Notes: a model not told the origin generated them from the letters alone. Counted from the stretch's first letter, positions 9,148-17,138 are shown. The stretch: 23,365 nt of DNA from Candidatus Aenigmatarchaeota archaeon (GCA_029932645.1 JAOZPR010000005.1:13337-36701), one strand, 5' to 3'. Numbers and translations are program-made.

Positions 9148-10389
9148 ATGAAAAAAATAACAATAGACCACATCTGCAAGATATATGGTCATGCCAACCT
9201 GACTATTAAGGTCAGTGGTAAAGATGTCCAGAAGGTTGACCTGAATATCTTCGAGTCCTCAAGATATTTTGAATCCATTGTAAAAGGCCGTTCTTATAAG
9301 GAAGCGCCTGAGCTCACAAGCAGAATATGCGGCATCTGTTCTACTGCTCATCAGATGGCCTCACTGAAAGCGATGGAGCATGCACTCGGCATAACACCAA
9401 GCCCGCAGACCAAGAAGCTGAGAGAAGTTCTACACATGGGCGGGATTATTCAAAGTCACGTGTTTCACACATATTTCTTGGCATTGCCTGATTATCTTGG
9501 ATATGACAGTGCCATTCAAATGAGCAAGAAGCATAAAGAAAAAATAAAAAACGCACTTTCACTGCGCCGGGCTGGTAATGAAATTATGAACATAATAGGC
9601 GGCCGTTCTGTTCATCCGATAAGCTGCAGGATTGGCGGGTTTGACAGACTGCCAAAAGAGGATGATATAAACAAGCTGGTTAAAAGCCTGAAAGAAAAGC
9701 GCAGGCTAGCTTTGAAAACAATTGAGCTCATGAAAGGTTTTCTGAGAAAAGAATTCGAAAGAAAAACACAGGTCATCGCACTCAGAAGCAAAGACTATTC
9801 ATTCATTGATGGTGTTATAGCAACAACAGAAAAAGATGTGGAAGAAGACTACCGGAGATATATTAAAGAATACCGTGGCGAACCAAAAAAGACCACAACA
9901 CTAGGAGGCAAGTCTTATAGGGTGGGCCCTCTTGCCAGGTTTAAAATCAACGGGTGCCCAGTAAAAAAATGTAGCATTCAGATATCGCTTGATTCGCCTT
10001 TCTCCGGAAACTTTATCAGGGCACTCGAGGTTTTACATTGTATAGATAAAAGTATAGAAATATTGGGTGCTATGAAGATAAAAAAAGAGAAGCCGCAAGA
10101 AAAGAAGCAACTGAAAAAAGTTAACGAAGGATTTGGAACTGTAGAAGCGCCAAGAGGTGTGCTTTTTCACCATTATAGATTTAACAGGCATGGACGTGTG
10201 AACAAGGCAAATATAATAACGCCCACTGCGCAAAACCTGAAAAGCGTTGAAGATGATGTCAAAGTTTTTCTCCCTCTTCTGCTCAAAAAGAAAAAGAAGA
10301 CCATTGTTCTGGAGCTGGAAAAACTGATAAGGGCATATGACCCGTGTATTTCATGCTCTACACATTTTCTTGAGGTGAAATGGATATGA
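9148..10389 (+). CDS. hydA: Group 3b [NiFe]-hydrogenase large (alpha) subunit, with atypical N-terminal motif
   Basis: L1 SRICGICSTAH, EAPRG, IITPT, L2 RAYDPCISCSTH plus a 7-aa tail; ATG 9148 preceded by SD GGTGA. Confidence 0.93.
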   Translation: MKKITIDHICKIYGHANLTIKVSGKDVQKVDLNIFESSRYFESIVKGRSYKEAPELTSRICGICSTAHQMASLKAMEHALGITPSPQTKKLREVLHMGGIIQSHVFHTYFLALPDYLGYDSAIQMSKKHKEKIKNALSLRRAGNEIMNIIGGRSVHPISCRIGGFDRLPKEDDINKLVKSLKEKRRLALKTIELMKGFLRKEFERKTQVIALRSKDYSFIDGVIATTEKDVEEDYRRYIKEYRGEPKKTTTLGGKSYRVGPLARFKINGCPVKKCSIQISLDSPFSGNFIRALEVLHCIDKSIEILGAMKIKKEKPQEKKQLKKVNEGFGTVEAPRGVLFHHYRFNRHGRVNKANIITPTAQNLKSVEDDVKVFLPLLLKKKKKTIVLELEKLIRAYDPCISCSTHFLEVKWI

Positions 10390-11165
10390 AAGATTTCTAT
10401 AAGGAAAGACCGAAGAACAGCCATAAAGGAGACTTTGGCCGATTGGCTGTGATAGCATATGAATACACTGGCGCTCCTGCGCTTGTTGCCATGGCAGCGC
10501 TGCGCTCCGGTGTAGATATTGTTGAAATCATCGCGCCAAAAGAAAAAGCGAGTACAATAGCTTCATTCTCTCCGAATCTCATTGTACGGCCTGTTGTTTT
10601 TTCTCTCGAGAACATAGAAAAAGAGCTGCAACGGGCAGACGCGTTCTGCGTCGGATCCGGATTAGGGAAAGATAAAAAAGTTCTGGGCATCGTCAAAAAG
10701 ATTATATCCAAAACGAAAAAGCCATGCGCCATAGACGCAGATGCTCTCGGGGTTGTTGATAAAAAGAATCTAAAAGGTAAACCGTTTGTATTGACACCTC
10801 ACAGGAAGGAGTTTGAAATATTCGGTAAATTGATCGAAAACATAGAACAAAACAAAAAAGCCGTGGAAAAAGCAGCAAAAAACCTCGGCGTTGTGATTTT
10901 GCTCAAAGGCCCAACAGACATAATCTCAGACGGCACCAACACAAAGCTGAATAAAACAGGCAACCCTTACATGACAAAGGGCGGAACAGGCGACGTGCTG
11001 ACAGGCATAGTCGGCTCTTTGCTTGCACAGGGATTAAAACCATTCAGGGCTGCATGCCTCGGCGCCTATATATCTGGCTTGGCAGGCGATGCTGTGTCAA
11101 AAGAAAAGGGTCCTGGGCTGCTGGCGACAGACGTCATAGAAAAGATACCTGATATAATAAAATAA
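10386..11165 (+). CDS. nnrD: NAD(P)HX dehydratase, stand-alone
   Basis: SHKGDFG, YTGA, GSGLG, IDADAL, TPH..EF, LLKG, GNP.M..GGTGDVL. ATGA overlap with the hydA stop; SD GAGGTGA at 10372-10378. Confidence 0.92.
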   Translation: MKDFYKERPKNSHKGDFGRLAVIAYEYTGAPALVAMAALRSGVDIVEIIAPKEKASTIASFSPNLIVRPVVFSLENIEKELQRADAFCVGSGLGKDKKVLGIVKKIISKTKKPCAIDADALGVVDKKNLKGKPFVLTPHRKEFEIFGKLIENIEQNKKAVEKAAKNLGVVILLKGPTDIISDGTNTKLNKTGNPYMTKGGTGDVLTGIVGSLLAQGLKPFRAACLGAYISGLAGDAVSKEKGPGLLATDVIEKIPDIIK

Positions 11166-11264
11166 GATATTAAAAATATAATAAAAAATAAGGTAGTAAA
11201 GTGGACAAAAAACAAATAAAAATAATAAAAACAGTGGCCGAGTTTATCAGCCCTAAGGCATACA

Positions 11265-11456
11265 TCATTGTTCAATTATGGCGTTTTCTATATCTTCCAT
11301 TGTCATGTTTTCTATGGCTTCTTCCATCTCTTGCTCTATTGCTTTCATAGCCTGGCCCTCTGCTGTTGCCTCACCTGTGACTGTTGGCTGCTGAACACAA
11401 CCACTGATAAAAACAACCGATAACAACAGTGTTATCAGCAATATTTCTTTTATCAT
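11265..11456 (-). CDS. Small lipoprotein with acidic helical tail
   Basis: Signal peptide with lipobox ISG-C (MIKEILLITLLLSVVFISGC); SD GGTGA inside the end of the upstream gene. Confidence 0.8.
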   Translation of the reverse strand: MIKEILLITLLLSVVFISGCVQQPTVTGEATAEGQAMKAIEQEMEEAIENMTMEDIENAIIEQ

Positions 11457-11458
11457 AT

Positions 11459-12421
11459 TCAGTCACCTGTCTCATCTGTTGTAATTCCTTGTCCATCAGT
11501 GATTTCTTGTTCGCTTTCAACAGTCTCGTTTGTTATTGGTGGATTGACAACTTGGCCTGATCTTATTTTTTGAAGTCTCTCTAGCTGGCGCGCCCGGATT
11601 TTTTCTTTGACCAGTTTCCTAGCTTGGATAGCTTTCCTGCATACTGTGGCTTGTGGATTTTTTAGACAGTACTGTTCTGTTGTCTGTACCAAGAAAATCT
11701 TGCATCTTTCTTCATCTGGATGGTTCTTACAATATACTCTTAGTGCATATCTGCATCTGGCATCATCCAGATTGTCGATACAATACTCCTTGAATATGGC
11801 TTTACATCTCTGGTCATCCGGATTGTTCTTGCAGAATGTCTTTATCTTTTCCCTGCACGACGGGTCTTTAGGATTTTTCTCACAGTATCTGTTTCCTATA
11901 CCTTTCGCAACAGCAACGCATTTTGCCGGATATAACTCGCAGAAACTATGTATGTTTTCTGCCAGTTCTACTGCTCTAACTTTTCTGATGGCTCCTAAAA
12001 TATATGTGTTGTATGTCGCACCACTTACATCTATTGTTCCGACCCAGACCTCTGTGTCTCCCTTTTCTACTGATTCAGCGCTGATGCTGCCCACTTTTTC
12101 ATCGCCAGAATACAGATTGGCTTCAATAGAACCATTACCAAGTACTATGTCCTTCACCTTGTATTTGTCATCGTCCAAGAAAAGCACACCAACCATCAGC
12201 TCTGTTTCTTCGCCAAGCAGACTCACTTTGATATTACCAATACCTATCTTGACAATCTTAAAGTCCATAAGATCTGCTGGGTTTGTTGCTATACCCTTAC
12301 CGAGAACTGCCAGTTTTTTTATAACTGGCCTTGGTGCTGTTGTCTGCGCACTAAGCTGCCCCTGCGCAAAAACAGGCATCACAAAAAGCAGAACAGCGAG
12401 CACCGCAAAGATTTTTTTCAT
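11459..12421 (-). CDS. Secreted protein with beta-rich N-domain and tandem C-x8-C repeats
   Basis: Signal peptide MKKIFAVLAVLLFVMPVFA; 12 Cys in six pairs; SD GGGTGA; start at 12421 or 12424. Confidence 0.85.
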   Translation of the reverse strand: MKKIFAVLAVLLFVMPVFAQGQLSAQTTAPRPVIKKLAVLGKGIATNPADLMDFKIVKIGIGNIKVSLLGEETELMVGVLFLDDDKYKVKDIVLGNGSIEANLYSGDEKVGSISAESVEKGDTEVWVGTIDVSGATYNTYILGAIRKVRAVELAENIHSFCELYPAKCVAVAKGIGNRYCEKNPKDPSCREKIKTFCKNNPDDQRCKAIFKEYCIDNLDDARCRYALRVYCKNHPDEERCKIFLVQTTEQYCLKNPQATVCRKAIQARKLVKEKIRARQLERLQKIRSGQVVNPPITNETVESEQEITDGQGITTDETGD

Positions 12422-12489
12422 CATCTATCACCCTTGTTTTGTTATTAATTTTTTTATTAATCAGATTATATTATCTATGTTTTGGCGTA

Positions 12490-12504
12490 TTAATAAAGTT
12501 TTTG
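12490..12504 (-). promoter_or_regulatory. BRE/TATA promoter for the secreted protein-lipoprotein pair
   Basis: Minus strand CAAAAAC-TTTATTAA, with the same BRE as the gpmI promoter. Confidence 0.45.
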
Positions 12505-12509
12505 AAAAT

Positions 12510-12881
12510 TTATCGCAAAACTTTGGCCAGAAATTTTTTGACCTCCTCAACATCCGCATCAAAAGGTATGCCTAATATTTTTAGATTTTTTATTTCTTTC
12601 ATAGTTTTTAGTAGGTTGATGACAAAACCCAGGTCCAAGTCATGGAGAGTTGAAATCCGCCTTTTTTTAATATCATCTTCTGACAACGTACAAGGCTCCT
12701 TTATGCCTTTCACGACATCTACTATGACAACGTCTTTTTCACCATGTATAACAAACGGATCCTCTGTCTTTACAAACTCCATAGAAGGAAAATCCTCTGC
12801 TAGCTTGTCAGCAATAAACCATGCGTGTGGGTCATTAGAAGAGCCGAAAACAAAAATTTTCCTTTTCGTTTTTGCGTTCAT
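12510..12881 (-). CDS. Short, divergent hydrogenase maturation protease-like protein (HyaD/HycI-like)
   Basis: IFVFG, VVIVDVV, STLHD and KILGIP recall HyaD strands and the Asp/His ligands. It lacks GN..(G)DDG. Located in the hyp operon; ATG 12881. Confidence 0.6.
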   Translation of the reverse strand: MNAKTKRKIFVFGSSNDPHAWFIADKLAEDFPSMEFVKTEDPFVIHGEKDVVIVDVVKGIKEPCTLSEDDIKKRRISTLHDLDLGFVINLLKTMKEIKNLKILGIPFDADVEEVKKFLAKVLR

Positions 12882-12883
12882 AA

Positions 12884-13795
12884 TCAAACGCCACTAACAA
12901 GCTCGCTTTTTACATGAGAAACCAGATATGCACCGACCAAAACCATTGCCGAGCCAAAGAGCTGCATTGCTGGTGCTGGCTCGCCCAAGAATGTGATACC
13001 CAGTATCAACGATACAACAGGTGCCAGAAGCAACAAAGTTGACGCTTTTGATGCGTTGATGAACTTTATGCTGTTATACCAGCAAAACACGTAACCAAAG
13101 AGGAATAGCGTGGAAACAATGATTTTGATTATCTGTTCCTGTGTCAGCATGAACAAAACGTTTGCCTTGCCAAAGTAAAACACGGCCAAGAAAAGGAATA
13201 TTGAACCAAAGAACATACGGGAAAAGGTTACGATGTAATTGGACTCTTTCTTTAGCATGACACCTCTCGCAATAATATTCTCAATAGCCCACAGGAATGT
13301 TGCAGATATGACAAGTAAATCACCAAGAGATGGATTTGCCCACAGCTCTGCTGGGTTTATTTTTGTCGAAAAAATAATAACAGTTCCCAAAAACATCAGG
13401 GCAAGCGCTCCGAGCTGTTTTCTCGTAATCTTTTCCTTCAAAAACAGAAATGCAAGTAATGTTATGTAAAGTGGTAGCGTCTTGTGGAGAAAAGCGGCAC
13501 GCCCGCCTGTGGTCAGCCCAAGACCTGTGAAAAACAGCAAGAACGCCACAGCCCCGCCTATGAGACCTATCATTAGCATGGCAAACCAGTTAATCTTTCC
13601 AGCTCTTTTTTGAAAATCTTTTCTGTGCAAGGCTATTACAAAAAATACTATGCCTATTATAAAGGCGCGGACTGCTGTGAAAACAGTTGGGTCTATAGAA
13701 GCGATGAAAACCTTGTTGACTATTATTGAGAAGCCGCTTATCAGCGCTGTTGTAAGAGCAAACAACGTTCCTTTCATCTCGTTATCCATAATCAT
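12884..13795 (-). CDS. EamA/DMT family transporter (about 10 TM)
   Basis: Two-repeat hydrophobic pattern, FLKEKIT, GDLL...A...WA, LGE; start at 13795 or 13789. Confidence 0.9.
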   Translation of the reverse strand: MIMDNEMKGTLFALTTALISGFSIIVNKVFIASIDPTVFTAVRAFIIGIVFFVIALHRKDFQKRAGKINWFAMLMIGLIGGAVAFLLFFTGLGLTTGGRAAFLHKTLPLYITLLAFLFLKEKITRKQLGALALMFLGTVIIFSTKINPAELWANPSLGDLLVISATFLWAIENIIARGVMLKKESNYIVTFSRMFFGSIFLFLAVFYFGKANVLFMLTQEQIIKIIVSTLFLFGYVFCWYNSIKFINASKASTLLLLAPVVSLILGITFLGEPAPAMQLFGSAMVLVGAYLVSHVKSELVSGV

Positions 13796-13810
13796 TACCT
13801 ATATGATAAT

Positions 13811-14368
13811 TTATCCTACAAGGCATTTAAATTTTTTCAATGCGTTGCCATCTTCATAGTAACTTATCAGCTTGTCATACTGCTTCTTTGTTATTTTTTC
13901 AACCATATAACCATAGTGCACGACAACATGGTCTCCTTGCTTTGCATCAGGCAGAAAGTCCTTTTGGTATTTTTTAATACCAATAGGCGTCCTAACCATC
14001 CCGTCATCTGTTACAACAACACCAGGCCAGACAATGCAACGCTGGACAGGTATGTCTTTGAACACCGTGTTACGCTGCTCTATGGCCTCTACGTGCTTGA
14101 ACCAGAAGTATTCGTGAAGAATCTGGACATCTATTTTTTCCTTACCACTTTTTTTCGCCAAGATTATCAGCATCCTGACGGCTATTGTAAAAATCTTTTC
14201 CAAGTCATCTCTGATTTTTTCATTTTTCATCAGCTTTGATTTGAGCTCATCAATGGTTTTTTCACTTACCTTGCCCCGCCTGATTAACACCATGCTGCAA
14301 GGTATGGCATATCTAAGAAAAAGCCTCTTGGTTTCTTCAGAATCGAACACCACAGTCGTTTTCAGCAC
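13811..14368 (-). CDS. Hydrogenase-locus protein with C-terminal HypC-like OB-fold (resembles DUF6390, from recall)
   Basis: FLRYAIPC...YFW..H...CIVWPGVV...GDHVVVHYG..VEKI; GTG start directly abutting the hypC stop. Confidence 0.65.
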   Translation of the reverse strand: MLKTTVVFDSEETKRLFLRYAIPCSMVLIRRGKVSEKTIDELKSKLMKNEKIRDDLEKIFTIAVRMLIILAKKSGKEKIDVQILHEYFWFKHVEAIEQRNTVFKDIPVQRCIVWPGVVVTDDGMVRTPIGIKKYQKDFLPDAKQGDHVVVHYGYMVEKITKKQYDKLISYYEDGNALKKFKCLVG

Positions 14369-14563
14369 CTAAGCCTCTTCAAGAATCTTCTTTGCCTGCT
14401 TCTTATCCACAATATCCATCACAAAACCACCGTAAACGAGAACATAGTCGCCCAGCTTTGGCTTGAGAAGCTCTGTGCTGGCCTTTATTTTCTGGCCTTT
14501 TACTTCTGCCAAGACTTCTTCTTTCTCAATCTTAACAACCTTGGCTGGTATTGCCAGACACAT
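14369..14563 (-). CDS. hypC: HypC/HupF hydrogenase maturation chaperone (variant)
   Basis: MCLAIPAKVV...GDYVLVYGGF; ATG 14563 with SD GAGGTG gives the canonical Cys2. Confidence 0.9.
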   Translation of the reverse strand: MCLAIPAKVVKIEKEEVLAEVKGQKIKASTELLKPKLGDYVLVYGGFVMDIVDKKQAKKILEEA

Positions 14564-14572
14564 TTTCACACC

Positions 14573-14908
14573 TCAGTCAATAACAACTTCCTTTAAAATA
14601 ATCTTGTCGCCGTCTATAATATTGTTTTCTCCCAGCTCTTTTTTGCATTCCGGACACCTGAACCTGGTGTATGCATGTGCCTTCTCAACTATCTCAGGTT
14701 CGCCCTCAAAACCGCACTCGCATTTTACAAGGCCCCGCTTTTTAATAATCTTTATATCCCATTTGACAAGTCCGCTCAAAGCATGTTCAAGTTCGTCAGC
14801 AGGCAGATGCGCTAGGTCGCCGACTTCCACTGCTATTGATTTTATTTTGCCGTTGGCGCTCTTTTTTGCTGTCTGGATTATGTCGTTAGCTATTGCAAAC
14901 TCATGCAT
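14573..14908 (-). CDS. hypA: HypA nickel metallochaperone
   Basis: MHE Ni motif, VEVGDL, Zn site CEC...CPEC, IIDG; SD GAGGTGA overlapping the nadM stop. Confidence 0.92.
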   Translation of the reverse strand: MHEFAIANDIIQTAKKSANGKIKSIAVEVGDLAHLPADELEHALSGLVKWDIKIIKKRGLVKCECGFEGEPEIVEKAHAYTRFRCPECKKELGENNIIDGDKIILKEVVID

Positions 14909-14915
14909 GCTCTAA

Positions 14916-15380
14916 TCACCTCTTTTTGCTTTTGCTTTTAATTATAGTTGCTACGCTTCTTGGAACCAAGTATTGCCACGGTTCGCCGCGGCGCATGAGT
15001 CTTCTTATGCGCGTTGCGTTATACTTTTGACGCTCAAGAAAATCCGGCCTCTTGACCGGTTTTATATCGGCAAAACAGCGCCTAACCCATGCAGAACCTG
15101 TAACAACCACATCGAATTTCATTTTTTTCATTATGGTTTTTGCCCATTTCGCGTCGGAGTTTACGTCAGGCATGATAAAAATTCTGTAATTCTTCTTTTT
15201 TAGTGAGGATTTTATCATCTTTCTTCGGGCGGCGAAAGAAAACGGGTTTTTCCTGTCTGCTTGCTTTGGCCCGCCTATAACTATATTGACTTTTTCGTAC
15301 TTTTCCTGGAGCTTTTCTATTGCGTGTTTGTGACCATTATGAAAGGGCTGGAACCTTCCAACAAAAAGCACTGCACCCAT
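14916..15380 (-). CDS. nadM: NMN adenylyltransferase (archaeal NadM family)
   Basis: GRFQPFHNGH, NPFS, NATRIR, W..LVP; appears leaderless. Confidence 0.85.
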   Translation of the reverse strand: MGAVLFVGRFQPFHNGHKHAIEKLQEKYEKVNIVIGGPKQADRKNPFSFAARRKMIKSSLKKKNYRIFIMPDVNSDAKWAKTIMKKMKFDVVVTGSAWVRRCFADIKPVKRPDFLERQKYNATRIRRLMRRGEPWQYLVPRSVATIIKSKSKKR

Positions 15381-15402
15381 AGAAACCTTTTTATTGGGGG
15401 TT

Positions 15403-15410
15403 TTTAAATA
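15403..15410. promoter_or_regulatory. TATA element between divergent nadM and the ADP-dependent kinase
   Basis: TTTAAATA (+) / TATTTAAA (-), 22 nt from the nadM ATG. Confidence 0.4.
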
Positions 15411-15452
15411 TCTTAATTATAACTCACCCTGATTTGGCACTGTGATGATAGA

Positions 15453-17072
15453 ATGGTGGAAATAGTCCCTGAAGTGAAAAAGATAGGTGAATATGTCGTT
15501 ATTTTTACCAAGGTATATGAAGGCCCACGGCTCGTGACAGACGCTGATGTGGCTGTTATCATAGAGGACGTGGAAGAAAGGATATTTCTCCCACGCACCA
15601 GCACAACTGACTTTTCCGTGTACACGAGTAAAGAAAATGTAGTAGAAAATCTTTCCGGCGTTTACACGCTTATATTTAAAAGCCTGTTCAAGAAATTCAA
15701 GGTTACGATATTCGCCAGAACCAAAGGCAAAACAATAAAGAAGGTTTTATTGTTTGAACGCGGCCAAACAAAAGAAGAAAAAGAGCCATTAGACATAATA
15801 AGAACAATGAATGTGCTGCTCGGGTTTAATGTCAATATAGACAAAATAATCTATGTTGACAAGCGGCTAGAAAAGCTTGTTGACAGAGCAACAAGAAAAA
15901 GAATTCTCCAGGATTTGATAAAACCCAGAAAAAAAATAGACTCTGTTGAGGATGTTTTTGTCGGCATCATAGACTCAATGAAATATGGCGGTCAAGAATG
16001 GGTTATAGAAAACCCTGAAGTGGTGGGATGGCTGAAAGGGCTTTACAAAGAAGGTCTGGAAAAGGAAACCAAGATAGGTGGACAAGTCGGCATAATATCG
16101 AACCTGCTTGCTGTGCTTGGCGGGTCTCCCACAATATATTCGCCTGTGCTCTCAAGAGAACAGGCTGCGCTCTTCCGGAAAAATGTTTTTTCGGTCTGCC
16201 CCGGCAGAAGGCCTGTTGCAGAATGCATCAGCACAGAAAAAAGCAAGATAAACTGGGTGTTTGAATTTGACCGGACTGATAAACTGTTTAACATCCGGTC
16301 AAAACAAGATGGACGATTTATCGCTGGATCGCAGATGGAAGAATACAGACCGGCTTGGCCTGATATTAATAATATCGACGCGGATGCGATTATTTTGTCC
16401 GGTTTCCATCTTCTCAAGAAGAAATACAAAGACGGTAGCACTGCCAAGCAAATCATAAAGAAAACCATAGAATGGGTTGACGGGGCTGCTAAAAGAAATA
16501 TACCAATACACCTCGAATTAACATGCACAGAAGACGAATCGCTCCGAGAAAGCATTACAGAGCTTTTCTACCATGTCGACAGCGTCGGCATGAACGAGTC
16601 TGAACTAAAGCAATTAGTAAAGTTAACGGACAGGAAGGCAACAGTAAAGGACTCTTTGGCCATAATAAAACATATGAAGGAAATCGCAGACAGGTTCGGA
16701 TTGAAGCGCATCCATGTGCACACGCTCGGTTATTATATTAACCTTTACAAGACTGGCGAGTGGGTCTCGCCAGAAAACATAAAGAAGGCCATGGCGTTCG
16801 CTTCGGACCTCGCCGCTGCGAAAGCCTTCGGCGACGCAATCGAGAAGGCGGAAGACCTAAGAATGTCTGACAGTGTCTCAGTATCAGACATCGGCCTGAA
16901 GGAACAGGAAAAACTAGAACAAAACATAAACATGAAAAACGGCATCACCAAAATGAACGATTACACGCTCGTTTTTCTGCCGACTAAGGTCGTGAGCCAC
17001 CCAAAGTCCACGGTTGGTCTTGGCGACATAATCTCTGGATCCATGTTTGTGATTGAGTGCGGGTATAGGTAA
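15453..17072 (+). CDS. ADP-dependent glucokinase/phosphofructokinase with ~100-aa N-terminal extra domain
   Basis: GFNVNID, GGQVGI, INWVFEF, RFI, LSGFH, HLE, SVGMNESEL, HTLGY, PT..V..PKSTVGLGDIIS. Confidence 0.93.
   Translation: MVEIVPEVKKIGEYVVIFTKVYEGPRLVTDADVAVIIEDVEERIFLPRTSTTDFSVYTSKENVVENLSGVYTLIFKSLFKKFKVTIFARTKGKTIKKVLLFERGQTKEEKEPLDIIRTMNVLLGFNVNIDKIIYVDKRLEKLVDRATRKRILQDLIKPRKKIDSVEDVFVGIIDSMKYGGQEWVIENPEVVGWLKGLYKEGLEKETKIGGQVGIISNLLAVLGGSPTIYSPVLSREQAALFRKNVFSVCPGRRPVAECISTEKSKINWVFEFDRTDKLFNIRSKQDGRFIAGSQMEEYRPAWPDINNIDADAIILSGFHLLKKKYKDGSTAKQIIKKTIEWVDGAAKRNIPIHLELTCTEDESLRESITELFYHVDSVGMNESELKQLVKLTDRKATVKDSLAIIKHMKEIADRFGLKRIHVHTLGYYINLYKTGEWVSPENIKKAMAFASDLAAAKAFGDAIEKAEDLRMSDSVSVSDIGLKEQEKLEQNINMKNGITKMNDYTLVFLPTKVVSHPKSTVGLGDIISGSMFVIECGYR
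17043..17067 (+). repeat. Left copy of 25-bp direct repeat (3' end of the kinase gene)
   Basis: ATGTTTGTGATTGAGTGCGGGTATA, 23/25 identical to 17479-17503. Confidence 0.9.
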
Positions 17073-17138
17073 GGTCTAGGACGGAATCAGGTTGTTGGAA
17101 TCATATTTTTTCGAGATATATTATTATAGGATGACGAA

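Noticed and set aside
10338..10389. Possible [NiFeSe] hydrogenase or Sec readthrough
   Set aside because: L2 is DPCISC with Cys codons; the TGA follows the tail and overlaps the nnrD ATG.
11607..12575. 322-aa plus-strand ORF
   Set aside because: Antisense shadow of the secreted Cys-repeat gene; Ser/Phe/Leu-rich with no motifs.
14573..14908. CxC instead of CxxC in the HypA zinc site
   Set aside because: From recall, this variant occurs in other archaeal HypA proteins, so it was not counted as anomalous.
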